From Naegleria gruberi (Eukaryota), in NCBI GenBank assembly GCA_000004985.1, contig GG738881.1: a stretch of DNA of 64,000 bases; one strand, given 5' to 3'. Position numbers and translations under genes: made by a program. The notes under the pieces were generated by a model, which was given only the letters and a program-made list of their open reading frames with translations, had not been told where the DNA came from and ran no database searches. Below are positions 1 to 11,302 of this stretch, in pieces (position 1 is the first letter of the stretch; every line of letters begins with the position of its first letter).

Positions 1-427
1 CTCCACATGAATATTGTATAAATTATCATTGAAGTCAATTGTCCTATATTAAATCCAAAACTAAGTATATATTCTAAAAAGTCAAAAAGATTGAAACTAT
101 CTGGTGATGGTGTCGGAAATATCAAAGTAAACCAATCGACAGATAATTGAAAACAAATTCCAGGAACCAAGATACCCGATCCCATCAATAAAAACATAAT
201 TCTAGCCATTGAATAAGCATCTCTAGGAATGGTCTTTTCAAACTTTTTAGGATTTTCCTTTCTATGAACTACCTCAGCAAATGAAACACTATATCTTCGT
301 ATTCCATCTCCATCTTGATTATTTTGTGAAATTTGTTGTTGATGTTGTTGGTGTTTATTCACGCTCACCAAACTAACATCCTCATCTTCATCTCCTCCGA
401 TAGCTTCATACTCATGTCTATTCATTT
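1..427 (-). CDS. Partial CDS (N-terminal part; continues beyond window start): polytopic membrane protein, possibly an equilibrative nucleoside transporter (SLC29/ENT-like)
   Basis: ATG at 427..425 on the minus strand, open to the window edge. About 75 aa hydrophilic Q-rich N-terminus, then hydrophobic helices. MARIMFLLMGSGILVPGICFQLSVDWF resembles the ENT TM1 motif FxLLGxGxLLPWNFF. Family call is tentative. Confidence 0.4.
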
Positions 428-693
428 TTTTAAAGCTGTTTGCTTGTAATTTTCAATGCATTTCTTGTTTTGTAGTGATGACTAGATATTTTCTTGATTC
501 TTTTAGAGGAGGTGGTACTGTACTTGTGGTGGTTTCTAGTTTGACTAGTTGAACGTACCCAAATAGTTTGTGCATGACCACAAGTGTGTTGGATGACAAA
601 TTATTGTCTACAGTAGTTAACGAGCAATTACAAAATGCATTTCTTGTCATTTGCATAGCAACAGAGAGTAAATGAATGAAAATAAGATTTATT

Positions 694-1608
694 TTACTTG
701 CCTCTCGACCTTTTACCTGGTCTCTTCTTGGAGATGGCATTATTCTTCTTTTGTTGAGCTCCACCTTTAGAGAATCTTTCCTTTTTATCAGACAATCCTT
801 GTATCTTTTTATATTCTTCAGTAGCCTTATCAACATCAAATTCTTTACCACTTCCTGAATGAGTTCTTCGCCAATGGTCAATAGCATCAATATCAGTCTT
901 CTTTTGATGAATCTTTTCCTTAATTCTTTCAGCTTTTAATTGTTTTCCGATCTTTTGTTGTTCCTTTCTTTGTCTTCTCTTTTCTCTTTCTTCAATGACC
1001 TTTCTAGATTGAACCAATTTGTTTCTAATCTTGGCCATATGTTCATCAGACTTGACCATTTCAGCAAAATAGTCATCTGGTCTGTGAATAGCAATTCCCA
1101 ATGTGTGTAATTGTTTAAAACCTTCCTTAGCACTAGTGACAGCTTGATTATAGAATTGAATTTCTCTATCAATATCATCTTCATGATTTTCAACTTTCAC
1201 AGGTGTAGGTGATGTAAGTTGTAAAGTAAAAACCCAATCCAAATTCTTTGTTTGAATAGGTAATTTGTTCATACAAGCTTTAACAGCATCAACATCAAAA
1301 ACTTCCTTTGTATCTCTCAAAAACATTTGGGAAATTGAAGCCGAGTCTTCACCTTCACCATTTTCCATTTTCTCGATTCTTCTTTGGGCTTCCATCAGGT
1401 TTTTATAGGCTTCCAGTTCGGCTTCTTCTAATTCTACATCATCAATTAATAATTCATCGTTTCTATATTTATCCGCATATGCTGCTAAATATTTATCATC
1501 ATCAACATTATTATATTCAAAGTTAAGTTGTTTGATTTGGTTTTTTGATGATGCTGAGAAATCCCTCTCAATTTCTGCCAGTGTTGCCAAGTTGCTCATT
1601 TTTTTCAA
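694..1608 (-). CDS. EBP2: rRNA-processing protein EBP2 (EBNA1-binding protein 2 homologue)
   Basis: 304-aa single ORF. Acidic N-terminus, conserved Ebp2 core (…IQFYNQAVTSAKEGFKQLHTLGIAIHRPDDYFAEMVKSDEHMAKIRNKL…) and lysine-rich C-terminal tail typical of Ebp2. Confidence 0.65.
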   Translation of the reverse strand: MKKMSNLATLAEIERDFSASSKNQIKQLNFEYNNVDDDKYLAAYADKYRNDELLIDDVELEEAELEAYKNLMEAQRRIEKMENGEGEDSASISQMFLRDTKEVFDVDAVKACMNKLPIQTKNLDWVFTLQLTSPTPVKVENHEDDIDREIQFYNQAVTSAKEGFKQLHTLGIAIHRPDDYFAEMVKSDEHMAKIRNKLVQSRKVIEEREKRRQRKEQQKIGKQLKAERIKEKIHQKKTDIDAIDHWRRTHSGSGKEFDVDKATEEYKKIQGLSDKKERFSKGGAQQKKNNAISKKRPGKRSRGK

Positions 1609-1784
1609 AAATTTGTTCTTCTTTTTATTTTTACCTTCAATTATTTATTGAAGAGAAGAAACTGTGATGATGGTGAAGAGAAATTTATTCTTTAATTCTT
1701 CAATAATGGGAAAGAATATTGGTAAGATAATTTGGATATATTCGGAACTTGTTGTTTAATAATTACAGAAAATAAATAGATTTA

Positions 1785-4119
1785 TTATTGGAAAAAGTTG
1801 GATTGTTTGAGTTCATTGATGAGGAGAGGGATTTTAGGATCTTCATTCGATGTTTCCATTTCTTGAATGACTTTCATAAATTCTTCATCAAGTGAAACAT
1901 TAATGGTCAATTTGTTCATCTTGAAAAGTGTGAATAGACATTTCACAATAATGAATGAAACTTTAACCTTTTCCTTTCTGAGCTTCATCACTTCAACAAG
2001 TTTGGAGGCAAAATCTGGATGAAGAGTTAAGAGTTTGTTGGCATTTTCTTCATTATTAAAGATGAGATTAATCAATGACTCTAATGAGTAGAAGCACACA
2101 ATGAAGTGAATGTCATTGGTAGCTAATTTGTAGAGAGTTGTTAAAATATTATTGTGACGATTGATAATTTCATTTTGATTTTCTCTGGCCTTAGTTAAAT
2201 TGGAGAAGGCAAAGAGAGCATTAACCATCAAACTGATATCAATTTCAGAGTAATCAGTTGCTTCTGCTAACATTTCAAACATTTCTACGAGTGGAATAGT
2301 TGCTCCACTTTCAACAATATATTTACAAGTAACATCTGTAATAAGAGGTTAGAAAATCACCACTTAGCTCAATAATACAAACCTGTAGTTCCCATATTAC
2401 CCAAGGCAATACAACAATTTCTTTGAATGAAATTATTCATTTGAGTAGCGATAGGGCTGGCTTCTTGATATTCTGGAGATAATTGGTTGTGATACAAGAC
2501 GCTTAAGATCTTTGTCAAAGATTGAACTACGCCCTTTTCAATCATCATTGGAAGGTTACGACCTATATCAATAAAGATTCGCAAATTAAGATATTTGCAA
2601 ATAAATTTTGAAACTTACGTTCAAGAGCAAGGAATCCTAAAAGTTTAACAACAAATCTCAAAAGCTTGGAAGAGGAGGCAATTTGCAAGGTACTCAAAAT
2701 AGATTCAATGAGTGTGAGCATTGGGTCAATCAAGTCCAATTCTGTGGCCATATAATATTGGATGTGATCAATTTCTGCAACATTTGAAAGGAACTCAACA
2801 ACACTTTCTTGCATTCTCTTTCTGAATTCTGGAAGTTGAGTATGTGAGTGCACGAATCTCTTCAATGTATTAATAAAATCTTTAGAATCCTTTACCAAAA
2901 CTTCAGCCCACTTATTATTGACCTTAACGAGAGAAACATCCAATAAATGAATAACTTGAGTGACAATTTCTTGGACAGATTCTTCATCCTCATCCTCATT
3001 TTCATCCAATGATTCAGAAATTTGAATATATCTCATTAAAATATTATCCAATGATTGAATAAGATTAGAATGTTCAATTGTGAGCTCATTGAATTCCTCT
3101 AAAGAAATTGTTAATTATTGAATATAATTATTACTGATACTTACTGTGTGATCCGACTAATCCAACCAATTTAATGGCAACACCAAGAATATTTCCTTCA
3201 CATAATGGATTTGCAAGAATTTCATCAATAATAATATCGAGAGCATTCTTTGATTCTACTTGTGATGTCATGATTTGTTCGCAAGCCTCTTGAACTTCAC
3301 AAACATTTTCCAAGGCTCTCAATGAGTGATAAAGTACTCCACTAACCTCATTACTTCTATAAGTGTAAATGAGTTTAATGAGTGAAGTCACACCACCATA
3401 AGAAACAACCTTTCTTCTAACACCATCTGCAAATGTAAGAAATCAATAGTTCAATAATAACAACTTACCATCTGAGTGTGCAAAATTTGCAATACAAGCA
3501 CAAACGCTTCTAATCAAATTAACATCATCATGATCTAAAGCAAATTGGATAAATCCACAAACAATTTGTACAACAGGAACCGACAATCCTTCTTCATCAC
3601 AAATAATCAAAGCATTAACAGAGTGTTCAAAACATAAATTACCCAAAACTCTACACAATTGGAAATAGAGTGGTAATTTATCTGTTTCCAAAGTTGTGGT
3701 ATGTCTACGTAATAATCCACAAATCACAGGCACTCCACCAACTTCTCTAATTGTATCTCTATTAATTACTATTTAATTAATCAGTACACATTTGAAATTT
3801 AAAACTACTACTACTAACATTCTCTGGACAAGTCTCCTAATTTTTGACAAGCATCAGTTAAATCAGAAACATTAGATTCCAAATTTCCGATAAGTGTTAA
3901 CATTAATCTAATATCTCCAATATTAACATTCTCTTCGATCATCTCCAACATGTTCTTCCTTTCTTCAATTTCCTTTGATTGTTCATCGTCGTTTTGTTGA
4001 TGAATATTATTGATTGCTTCGTTTTCAGCAGCTGATGATGATGGAATCATTTTTTTAATGTATTGATGAGTTCTTTCTTCGGTGCAACTTCTCTCCATCA
4101 ATTGCAGCGGGATAATCAA
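1785..4119 (-). CDS. Multi-exon armadillo/HEAT-repeat protein (SmgGDS/Rap1GDS1-like ARM protein, tentative)
   Basis: Six colinear minus-strand ORF fragments: 3814..4119, 3443..3733, 3131..3391, 2563..3051, 2369..2584, 1785..2282. They are separated by short AT-rich gaps with GTAAGT-type donors. Translation is helical-repeat (ARM-like) throughout. Exact exon boundaries not resolved. Confidence 0.55.
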
Positions 4120-4212
4120 ATTATATTCATATCAATACTGTGCAGTTTATGTGATGAACCCTTGCCTATGTAATGTTGTAGGCAAAGCTGATAATTAAAA
4201 AATGGGAAGGAA

Positions 4213-5082
4213 ATGAAACCTACTCATCAAAAAACCAAAAAGAAGAAGAAGGAATTAAAACTTGCTCACTTTACTGAAAGATTGAAGAAAAAGAAATGTT
4301 GTAGTGATGTGGAATCAAGTCATGTTAGTAGTAGTGGAGAAGAGAATCAACAAATCAATGTAATAGAAGCAAATTTGGTGGATGAGTTTTATCAATCTGT
4401 TGAGCCTCATGTTATTCATTCGGAAAACAAGTTGCTCTACTTTGATCATATGTGTGTTGCTTCACAATTTCCTCCACTCTTGAATTTAAAATTATTTCCT
4501 AATGGAAAGGAAGTTTCTGAAAGTTTATCTGCCTATTATTCTGTTAGGGATTATTTGGAATTTAAAAACGACTTGAATATCATATCCAATAGGAACGTTC
4601 AATGTTATGTAATTGCTGATGGAAATGTTCCTAGAACTGCTGCTGTATTTGCTTGTGCTACAAATTGGAGAGTATTTTCCATTGATCCAAGAATGAAACA
4701 AAAGTGGGTCTGTAAATTTAACAATGATGTGGTGTCAATGGATAATGAACAAGGTCAACCAAAAGAACAAGATTTTGTAGAAGGATTAGAATCAACACCA
4801 TCCATTCAGAGATTATATCCCTTCTCAATGACAAGCACTGAATTTCTTCAAACTTCTATTTTCAAAAAGGTAAAATCACTCAAATCAGATTTGAATATCA
4901 TTGTAGCAGTTCATTCACATGCTGATTTATGGGAGTTTTACAATGAAATTCCATCTCCCAAATTATGTTTGGAAATTCCATGTTGTTTCAAGCCAAACAT
5001 TCAAAGAGAACCAATTACTGTCTTTACAGACGAAGCTCTTCACAGTGAAAAGAATACAATTTACATGTGGTATGAAGAATAA
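4213..5082 (+). CDS. Hypothetical protein (lysine-rich N-terminus)
   Basis: 289-aa ORF with amoebozoan codon usage. No recognisable domain. Confidence 0.45.
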   Translation: MKPTHQKTKKKKKELKLAHFTERLKKKKCCSDVESSHVSSSGEENQQINVIEANLVDEFYQSVEPHVIHSENKLLYFDHMCVASQFPPLLNLKLFPNGKEVSESLSAYYSVRDYLEFKNDLNIISNRNVQCYVIADGNVPRTAAVFACATNWRVFSIDPRMKQKWVCKFNNDVVSMDNEQGQPKEQDFVEGLESTPSIQRLYPFSMTSTEFLQTSIFKKVKSLKSDLNIIVAVHSHADLWEFYNEIPSPKLCLEIPCCFKPNIQREPITVFTDEALHSEKNTIYMWYEE

Positions 5083-5187
5083 GAAATACCAAACTCTCAA
5101 TAAACTTTATTCTTGTTGTAATCTCTCTAACATTTCAAATAATTGTTGAATTTGAAAGTGGAGTAAAATAAAAATAACTTTAAAAAA

Positions 5188-5959
5188 ATGCCAAAAGATA
5201 CCAATTACGAGGAAGCCGAAGAAAACTACGAAGAAGAAGAAGAAAATATCAACGATGTAAGTGGAGAGTTGTCGGATCATCGAAATATTGATGGAATTAA
5301 TTTTAAAAAAATTATATTATTTGATGATGATGATTATTAGGAAATTGAAAGTATAAAAAAGCGAGTACAACAAATGCAAGAGGAACACGCCAAGATTAAA
5401 GAAATGCAATCAGAAATTGAAAGGAACTTGAGCACTGTTGCTGAAAATCAAGAAGAAATTGATTCTAGATCTATTTATGTAGGAAATGTTGATTACGGAT
5501 CTGTTGCTGAGGAATTGGAAAACCACTTTAAACAAGCTGGTGATATCATCAGAATCACAATCAAGAGTGACAAGATGGGTAATCCTAAAGGGTATGTTTG
5601 GTTATTATTTAATGGCAATATCAAAATATTTACAACAACAACATTACAAAATATTAATTATACAAACTGTCAATTAATTACATTAATTTTAACCGTCAAT
5701 TATTAACAGTTTTGCTTATATTGAATTTAAAGACAAGAGTTCTGTTGAAAATGCTCTCCAACTCAACGGTTCAACATTTAGAAATAGAGAATTGAAAGTC
5801 TTTGCTAAGAGAACCAATATTCCAGGGTTGAGTACAACAACTAGGGGAAGAGGTAGAGGAAGAGGTGCTCCAAGAGGAGCTCCACGTGGTGGATTTGTCC
5901 CAAGAGGTGGCAGAGGAAGAGGAGGTCGTGGACGTGGTAGAGGTGGTGGTCCATACTAA
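5188..5959 (+). CDS. PABPN1: Nuclear poly(A)-binding protein PABPN1/PABP2; 3 exons join(5188..5256,5341..5591,5710..5959)
   Basis: Acidic N-terminus, coiled coil, and an RRM ([40 protein letters not shown]|[39 protein letters not shown]) near-colinear with human PABPN1. RG-rich C-terminus. Introns GTAAGT..AG and GTATGT..AG keep the frame. Confidence 0.8.
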
Positions 5960-6002
5960 GCTTATTAAACAATTATTTCAAATTTAATACAATTATTAAT
6001 AT

Positions 6003-9000
6003 TTATTTACTTAAATTCTTAACTTGGTCCTTAATTTCTTTAACTTGTTTGCTATCTGTTTGAAGAATCTTTCTACATAATTCGAGAGCTCCTGACTTGT
6101 CAACTTGTGACATGTAATTCTGAGCAATCTTTGAGAAGAGAAGTAAAATACTGACAGCCAATTCGTTATCAGTGAGAATGTATGATTGAACTGCCTTGAC
6201 AATAATCTTCATATCATCAATAGAAAGTTTGATAACATCGTAATGTACACAAATCGAATGTAAAATGTTTGAAATGATAGTGCAAACACTCTTATCGATT
6301 GAAGTGTCTTTGAGTTTCTGCACGAGGGTTGAGATAATCTTTTCTCTCAAATCATAGGTAATCAAATTTTGAACAAGAGCTTGCTCCTCAGTTTCCTTGA
6401 ATTGAGTGAATGGCATAATTTCTAACAAGAGATTCAAAGCCATTGTAAGAGTAGTATTCTTGGATGAATTTTTTGTAACGATATCCAAGAGAGCAACATG
6501 GAAACCAAATGTACTAGCAAATTGGGTACCAGCTGTTTCCTTATTATGATTCAAATGTTTCGTGAACAAGCTCAATACCATTTCTTGTAATTCAGGATCT
6601 CCAAAACCAAATGAAAGAATCAAAACTCTAACATTGGTATAAACATTTCTATCAGCTTGTTCGTCCATTGAAATATCGTTCCATCCCTTGTTTAAACTGT
6701 CTGGGTAATTCTTCTCAATATCGTTCAAGAATTCAACACAATATGACAAGATCCAACCTTCTTCAGGATATTTAGACAAAATGCTAAAGAAGATTGAATT
6801 GAAATCAGAGGCCAGAATTTCAATCAGCTTATCCTTATCATTTCTATTTCTGTAAATTACATTCAAAATAGTTAAAATGTTGGTAACTGTTTCCTTATTC
6901 TTCAAATTCAATTGGAGTAAGTTCTTGAATGATTTCAATACGAGAGGAGAATCAGATAATTCTGAAAAGATTTTTGTAACGTATTGGTTATTTCCACTAC
7001 TGTTTGTTAGTAAACTTGTAACACCTCCTTGAGTTACCATAATCTTTGTCATTTCTGCTTTGGCTGTGCTCTCCTTGGCTGTCAGAGCAACAAATTTAGT
7101 GAATGGAATTAAAATTACATTCAATTCGCAATTCATCATATTCAATTTGAAATCATCAAAGTTGTTTCCAAGTAATAAGAAAGCTTGAGATGGAGCAATA
7201 GAAGTGAATGATAAATGTCCATTTCCATAGAAATATACCAAATACTTGACAATCACATCAAATGCCAACAATCTCTTACTCATATTCTTTAAAGATTCCA
7301 AATTATGCAAGCAAATGTTATTCAATAAATTAAATAAACTTCTGGACAAGTCGAACAAGTACAAGTATTCCTTTTGTGTGTAAAGTGTAGTCATTACTTC
7401 TTCACAATACTTGATGATGAAATCGAGTTGTTTTTGAGAGATTAATTCATTCAATTGTTCATTTGGTCTCTCACACAATAATCCCAATAATTGCAAAGAA
7501 AGTGAAATAACTGTTACATTTTCAAAGTTATTAATTGGAGCATTTGAGTTATTTGGAAGGTTGTTTGCATTGAACAATTTGAATTTCAGGTAATGTTCAT
7601 TGATAATCTTGTGCAATGAATTAACCAAACCAGTTAATCTCATCATTGCCTTGGCTGGTTCATTGTTACCAGACTTAGTTACCAAAATATTGTTACAAAT
7701 TAACAAGCCAATCAGGCAAATAGAGTAGGATCTGGTGTTATCATTCAACATGCAAACACATGCTTGCAAACCTTCATTTGAAACAATATCCTCAACAAGT
7801 GAAGCAGCATCCTTCTTGTAACGTTCATAGAGATATTTGGCAGCATTCAATGCACGTTTGTGACTTTGTGAATTATATTCCAATTCTTCAATGAGTTGTG
7901 AAATATCGTCAATTTTTGGAATTTCGTCATCTTCATCTTCTATTGGTTCATCTTCTTCTCCTCCAGATGGTGGAAGAGGAGAATAATCAAATGAAGGATC
8001 GACCAATGAGTATTCTACTTTCGTTTTCAAGTTTGGTTTAGAGTCTGACTTGGTAAATGATGGTTTCTTTGTTTGAATTTCTTCCTCTTCTTCTTCATCT
8101 GATTCGTCTTTCAGAACTGTCTTTTTACTTCTTGGACCACTTGTTGACGGTTTCTTATTGGTAGCAGATGAAATTACTGGCTCATCTTCATCCTCATCAA
8201 GTTTGAGAGTTTTAGTTGGGGCCTTCTTGTCACTCTTAATTTCCTCTTCTTCATCTGAATCGTCATCTTTGAGAACTGTTGTCTTTTTCTTATTTGGAGG
8301 ACCCCCACTTGCTGTAGCAGTTGGTCTAGGGTTTGATGTAACTTTCTTTGATACAATCTTTCCATCATCATCTGAATCAGAATCATCCTTCAATACACTA
8401 GTTTTAGATTTAACTGGAGCAGTAGAAGTTGGCTTGCTGGTTTTAACAGGAGATGCTTGTTTAACATTCTTATTTGATGCCTTTTTAGTGACAATAATAT
8501 CTTCCTCTTCATCACTATCACTTTCCAAACGTGCTGTTGATGTCAAAAGTGGTGTAACCTTACTAACTTGTTCATCCTTGACATTTCTAACAACTGCACT
8601 TTCTAACTTGATTGGCTCTTCTTCCTCCAATTCTTCAGGTTCCATTTCTGCTTCCAATGGTTCAATTTCAGCAGGTTGAATTTCTTCCAATTCTTCATTC
8701 TTGACCTTTTTAACATCCTCAATTTTTTCTTCCTTCTTTGGAGATGATTTTTCTTCACTCACAACTGAAGATGAAGCCACTGCTGATATTGTTGATGAAG
8801 ATGATTGTATTGTTGCACTTGTTTGTGGTTTAACAGTTTCAACAACATTATCATTTGGTTGTTTAACAGTAATAACCATATTTGAATTGCTAGTATTGGC
8901 ACTTCCCTTGCCAATTAACTTTTTAATACTTTCAATCCATTCCTCTGCTTCCTCCTTTGATGAGCATTCAAATGTCCATTCTTCTTCTTTTTTCTTTCCT

Positions 9001-9365
9001 TCAATGTGTGATTTAACATAGAAACAGAATGGATGTTTCTTTGTAAATTCCAAATTAGTGATAGTATGAGCAGAGTCAAGAATTAAAGTTGATTTTCTTT
9101 CCTTTCCATCGGACGAAAGAATGGAAAGTGAATTTGGATGTGAGTTGAGTGAAATGAGTGTTTTCTTCCATGATAACATGCCACTCTTCTTTACTTCACC
9201 CTGTTTGACTAGTTTGTAATGGATGGGTGTTGTGGCAGCATCAATGGATTGCATCATTTTTTTTCTATGATGTTTTGATTTGTAAACATTTGACAAGTGG
9301 CGAAACCCTTTCTTTAAAAAAACAATTAAATGTTTTCCAAATGTAATTGCATCCAACACTTTCAA
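6003..9365 (-). CDS. Large PH-domain protein with an acidic Ser/Asp/Glu-rich repeat linker and a C-terminal ARM/HEAT-like helical region
   Basis: 1120-aa ORF. N-terminal PH-like domain (IHYKLVKQGEVKKSGMLSWKK…EEWIESIKKL). Central region has three copies of TVLKD(D/E)SD(S/E)…(D/E). Roughly 650-aa helical repeat C-terminus. First Met may be 9365 or the in-frame MMQSID at about 9257. Confidence 0.65.
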   Translation of the reverse strand: MKVLDAITFGKHLIVFLKKGFRHLSNVYKSKHHRKKMMQSIDAATTPIHYKLVKQGEVKKSGMLSWKKTLISLNSHPNSLSILSSDGKERKSTLILDSAHTITNLEFTKKHPFCFYVKSHIEGKKKEEEWTFECSSKEEAEEWIESIKKLIGKGSANTSNSNMVITVKQPNDNVVETVKPQTSATIQSSSSTISAVASSSVVSEEKSSPKKEEKIEDVKKVKNEELEEIQPAEIEPLEAEMEPEELEEEEPIKLESAVVRNVKDEQVSKVTPLLTSTARLESDSDEEEDIIVTKKASNKNVKQASPVKTSKPTSTAPVKSKTSVLKDDSDSDDDGKIVSKKVTSNPRPTATASGGPPNKKKTTVLKDDDSDEEEEIKSDKKAPTKTLKLDEDEDEPVISSATNKKPSTSGPRSKKTVLKDESDEEEEEEIQTKKPSFTKSDSKPNLKTKVEYSLVDPSFDYSPLPPSGGEEDEPIEDEDDEIPKIDDISQLIEELEYNSQSHKRALNAAKYLYERYKKDAASLVEDIVSNEGLQACVCMLNDNTRSYSICLIGLLICNNILVTKSGNNEPAKAMMRLTGLVNSLHKIINEHYLKFKLFNANNLPNNSNAPINNFENVTVISLSLQLLGLLCERPNEQLNELISQKQLDFIIKYCEEVMTTLYTQKEYLYLFDLSRSLFNLLNNICLHNLESLKNMSKRLLAFDVIVKYLVYFYGNGHLSFTSIAPSQAFLLLGNNFDDFKLNMMNCELNVILIPFTKFVALTAKESTAKAEMTKIMVTQGGVTSLLTNSSGNNQYVTKIFSELSDSPLVLKSFKNLLQLNLKNKETVTNILTILNVIYRNRNDKDKLIEILASDFNSIFFSILSKYPEEGWILSYCVEFLNDIEKNYPDSLNKGWNDISMDEQADRNVYTNVRVLILSFGFGDPELQEMVLSLFTKHLNHNKETAGTQFASTFGFHVALLDIVTKNSSKNTTLTMALNLLLEIMPFTQFKETEEQALVQNLITYDLREKIISTLVQKLKDTSIDKSVCTIISNILHSICVHYDVIKLSIDDMKIIVKAVQSYILTDNELAVSILLLFSKIAQNYMSQVDKSGALELCRKILQTDSKQVKEIKDQVKNLSK
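8000..8700 (-). repeat. Coding tandem repeats (acidic TVLKD-D/E-SD-D/E modules) within the PH-ARM protein
   Basis: Three copies of …KKTTVLKDDDSDEEEEIK / …TSVLKDDSDSDDDGKIV / …KKTVLKDESDEEEEEE on the minus strand. Their S-rich mirror produces the spurious plus-strand ORF 8158..8679. Confidence 0.6.
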
Positions 9366-9488
9366 TTATATTATTAATAATATGTTAATGTTATCATTGT
9401 TTGTTGTAAACGTTGTTTTTCATATTAATTCTTTGTTTTTGTAAATTAAACTTTTGAAATAAAATCAAAAGGAAAATAGGAAATAAAA

Positions 9489-10373
9489 ATGTCTTCAAAT
9501 CAACAAGGAGTTGAAAATAATACCAAGCAAAATCTCTCATCGGAACGTTTTGCAGTTAATATTTCTAATCATGTGGGTACTGTCGTATTAAATAGACCAA
9601 AGAAGATGAATGTGATGGACAAACCATTCTTCTCTGAATTTTATCAAGCCATTCATAGATTGAATGAATCAGATGATGTTTATGTTATCGTATTGAAGAG
9701 TACACCTGTTGATCAGTGTCCGCACTTCTCTGCTGGATTGGATTTGAAGAGTGTTGCCTCTGATATTATGCCATCAGCTTCCGATGATGAATCTTCTCCT
9801 GCTGTGGCCAATTTGAAATTATCAAAATTAATTAATGAAATGCAACAAGCTTTTAGAATTTTGGAAACTTGTAAGAAACCAGTGATTGCTGCTATTAATG
9901 GAATGTGTATTGGTGGAGCTATTGATATGATTCTTGCTGCTGATTTTAGAGTTTGTACAAAGGATGCTATTTTCAGTATTAGAGAAACCGCTGTTGGAAT
10001 TACTGCTGATTTGGGTACTTTGAATAGAATTCACAGAGTTGTTGGAAAGGGTTTTGCAAGAGAAATGGCATTCACTGCTGCTGATGTTAAGGCAGATCGT
10101 GCTTATCATTTTGGACTTGTCAATCAAGTATTCGATTCTCAAAAGGAAATGTTTGAAGCTGTTGACAAGATGGCTAAAACTATTGCTTCTCACTCTCCTC
10201 TCATTGTTCAATCTACAAAACATATTATGAATCATGCTGAAGAACATTCAATTGAGGATGGATTGGCCTATGTCAAACTTTGGAATAGTGCTTTCTTGAA
10301 ATCTGATGATTTAACTGAAGCTTTCATGTCATTCATGGAAAAACGTAGACCTAAATTCAAGAATAAATTGTAA
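9489..10373 (+). CDS. ECH1: Enoyl-CoA hydratase/isomerase family protein, ECH1-like delta(3,5)-delta(2,4)-dienoyl-CoA isomerase; C-terminal -NKL (possible PTS1)
   Basis: 294-aa ORF with crotonase fold motifs (…AAINGMCIGGAIDMILAADFRVCTKDAIFSIRETAVGITADLGTLNRI…). The C-terminal third aligns to ECH1. Ends KFKNKL. Confidence 0.75.
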   Translation: MSSNQQGVENNTKQNLSSERFAVNISNHVGTVVLNRPKKMNVMDKPFFSEFYQAIHRLNESDDVYVIVLKSTPVDQCPHFSAGLDLKSVASDIMPSASDDESSPAVANLKLSKLINEMQQAFRILETCKKPVIAAINGMCIGGAIDMILAADFRVCTKDAIFSIRETAVGITADLGTLNRIHRVVGKGFAREMAFTAADVKADRAYHFGLVNQVFDSQKEMFEAVDKMAKTIASHSPLIVQSTKHIMNHAEEHSIEDGLAYVKLWNSAFLKSDDLTEAFMSFMEKRRPKFKNKL

Positions 10374-10374
10374 A

Positions 10375-11121
10375 TTATTTCAATTGACTTTTGATTGTTG
10401 AGGTTAATTCCACTATTATTTTAAACTCCACATTAAAGATATTAAACCAAACTTGTTTCGTTTCACTTGTTGCTTCCTCTTTGGTTAACATTAATTCATT
10501 AATTCCAAGTAATTCAGCTGTCAAGTATATTATCGAAGCTGCAATTTCATTTGGATAATAGGTACAGCAACATTTTGAATCATAAATCTTATCCACTAAT
10601 TTAAAACAAAATTGAATAAAACTATTCTTGATAACCAAATTTCTATAACCATTCAATGAATCACAATATCCCAAAATATATTTATGTGGATGTACCACAG
10701 CAAATTTAAATTTGATACTTCTCATCACTATACTTTCATATCCAATAATACAATCCTTGAAATTATGAAGATCAGTGTCAAGTAATCCATATGGTTCACT
10801 CTCAGGATCCAACACTTTCCGACAAGAATTAATAACATCCCTTGCTCTTCTCACTTGTTCCTCACTTTTACAAGCTAGAAAAACACAAGCACATGAAATA
10901 AGTGTCCAATCACATGACGAATGTTCTATTGTTTTCAAACTTGAATGAAAATAATACAAGGCTGTACATGTTGCTGATTGAGTAACTTCTAACAAGTAAC
11001 ACATCCTCCGAATGAGTCTAACATTTTCTTTGATTTTTTCTTCGTGTGATTGTTGTAGTAAAGGATGTTGTGATTGCAAAGCATATGGACTATGATAATA
11101 GGCTTGATTTGAAGACATCAT
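10375..11121 (-). CDS. CCNQ: Cyclin Q (FAM58A/CCNQ) homologue
   Basis: 248 aa. Cyclin box region LACKSEEQVRRARDVINSCRKVLDPESEPYGLLDTDLHNFKDCIIGYESIVMRSIKFKFAVVHPHKYILGY matches human FAM58A [70 protein letters not shown]. Confidence 0.7.
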   Translation of the reverse strand: MMSSNQAYYHSPYALQSQHPLLQQSHEEKIKENVRLIRRMCYLLEVTQSATCTALYYFHSSLKTIEHSSCDWTLISCACVFLACKSEEQVRRARDVINSCRKVLDPESEPYGLLDTDLHNFKDCIIGYESIVMRSIKFKFAVVHPHKYILGYCDSLNGYRNLVIKNSFIQFCFKLVDKIYDSKCCCTYYPNEIAASIIYLTAELLGINELMLTKEEATSETKQVWFNIFNVEFKIIVELTSTIKSQLK

Positions 11122-11302
11122 TTTTTATAATTCGATTTTTAAATAATTATTAATAATATATATTTATAAATTAATAAATATTCATTGTAAAGTGTTTAAT
11201 AACATTCTCCTAAAAGAAATGATAAACTACAAAATTTCCAAATTAAATCGGAATTAAATAGAATTGGAAGGAAATCAAATAAAAATTAATTAATAATAAA
11301 AA

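Noticed and set aside
5374-5706. ORF-track ORF 5374..5706 (110 aa) and overlapping 5486..5677
   Set aside because: The first is exon 2 of PABPN1 read through its intron into junk. The true exon ends at 5591. The second is an out-of-frame overlap.
8158-8679. Plus-strand 173-aa Ser-rich ORF, and 8701..9021
   Set aside because: Antisense mirror of the acidic/Ser-rich repeat region of the minus-strand PH-ARM gene. Low-complexity antisense ORFs are expected here.
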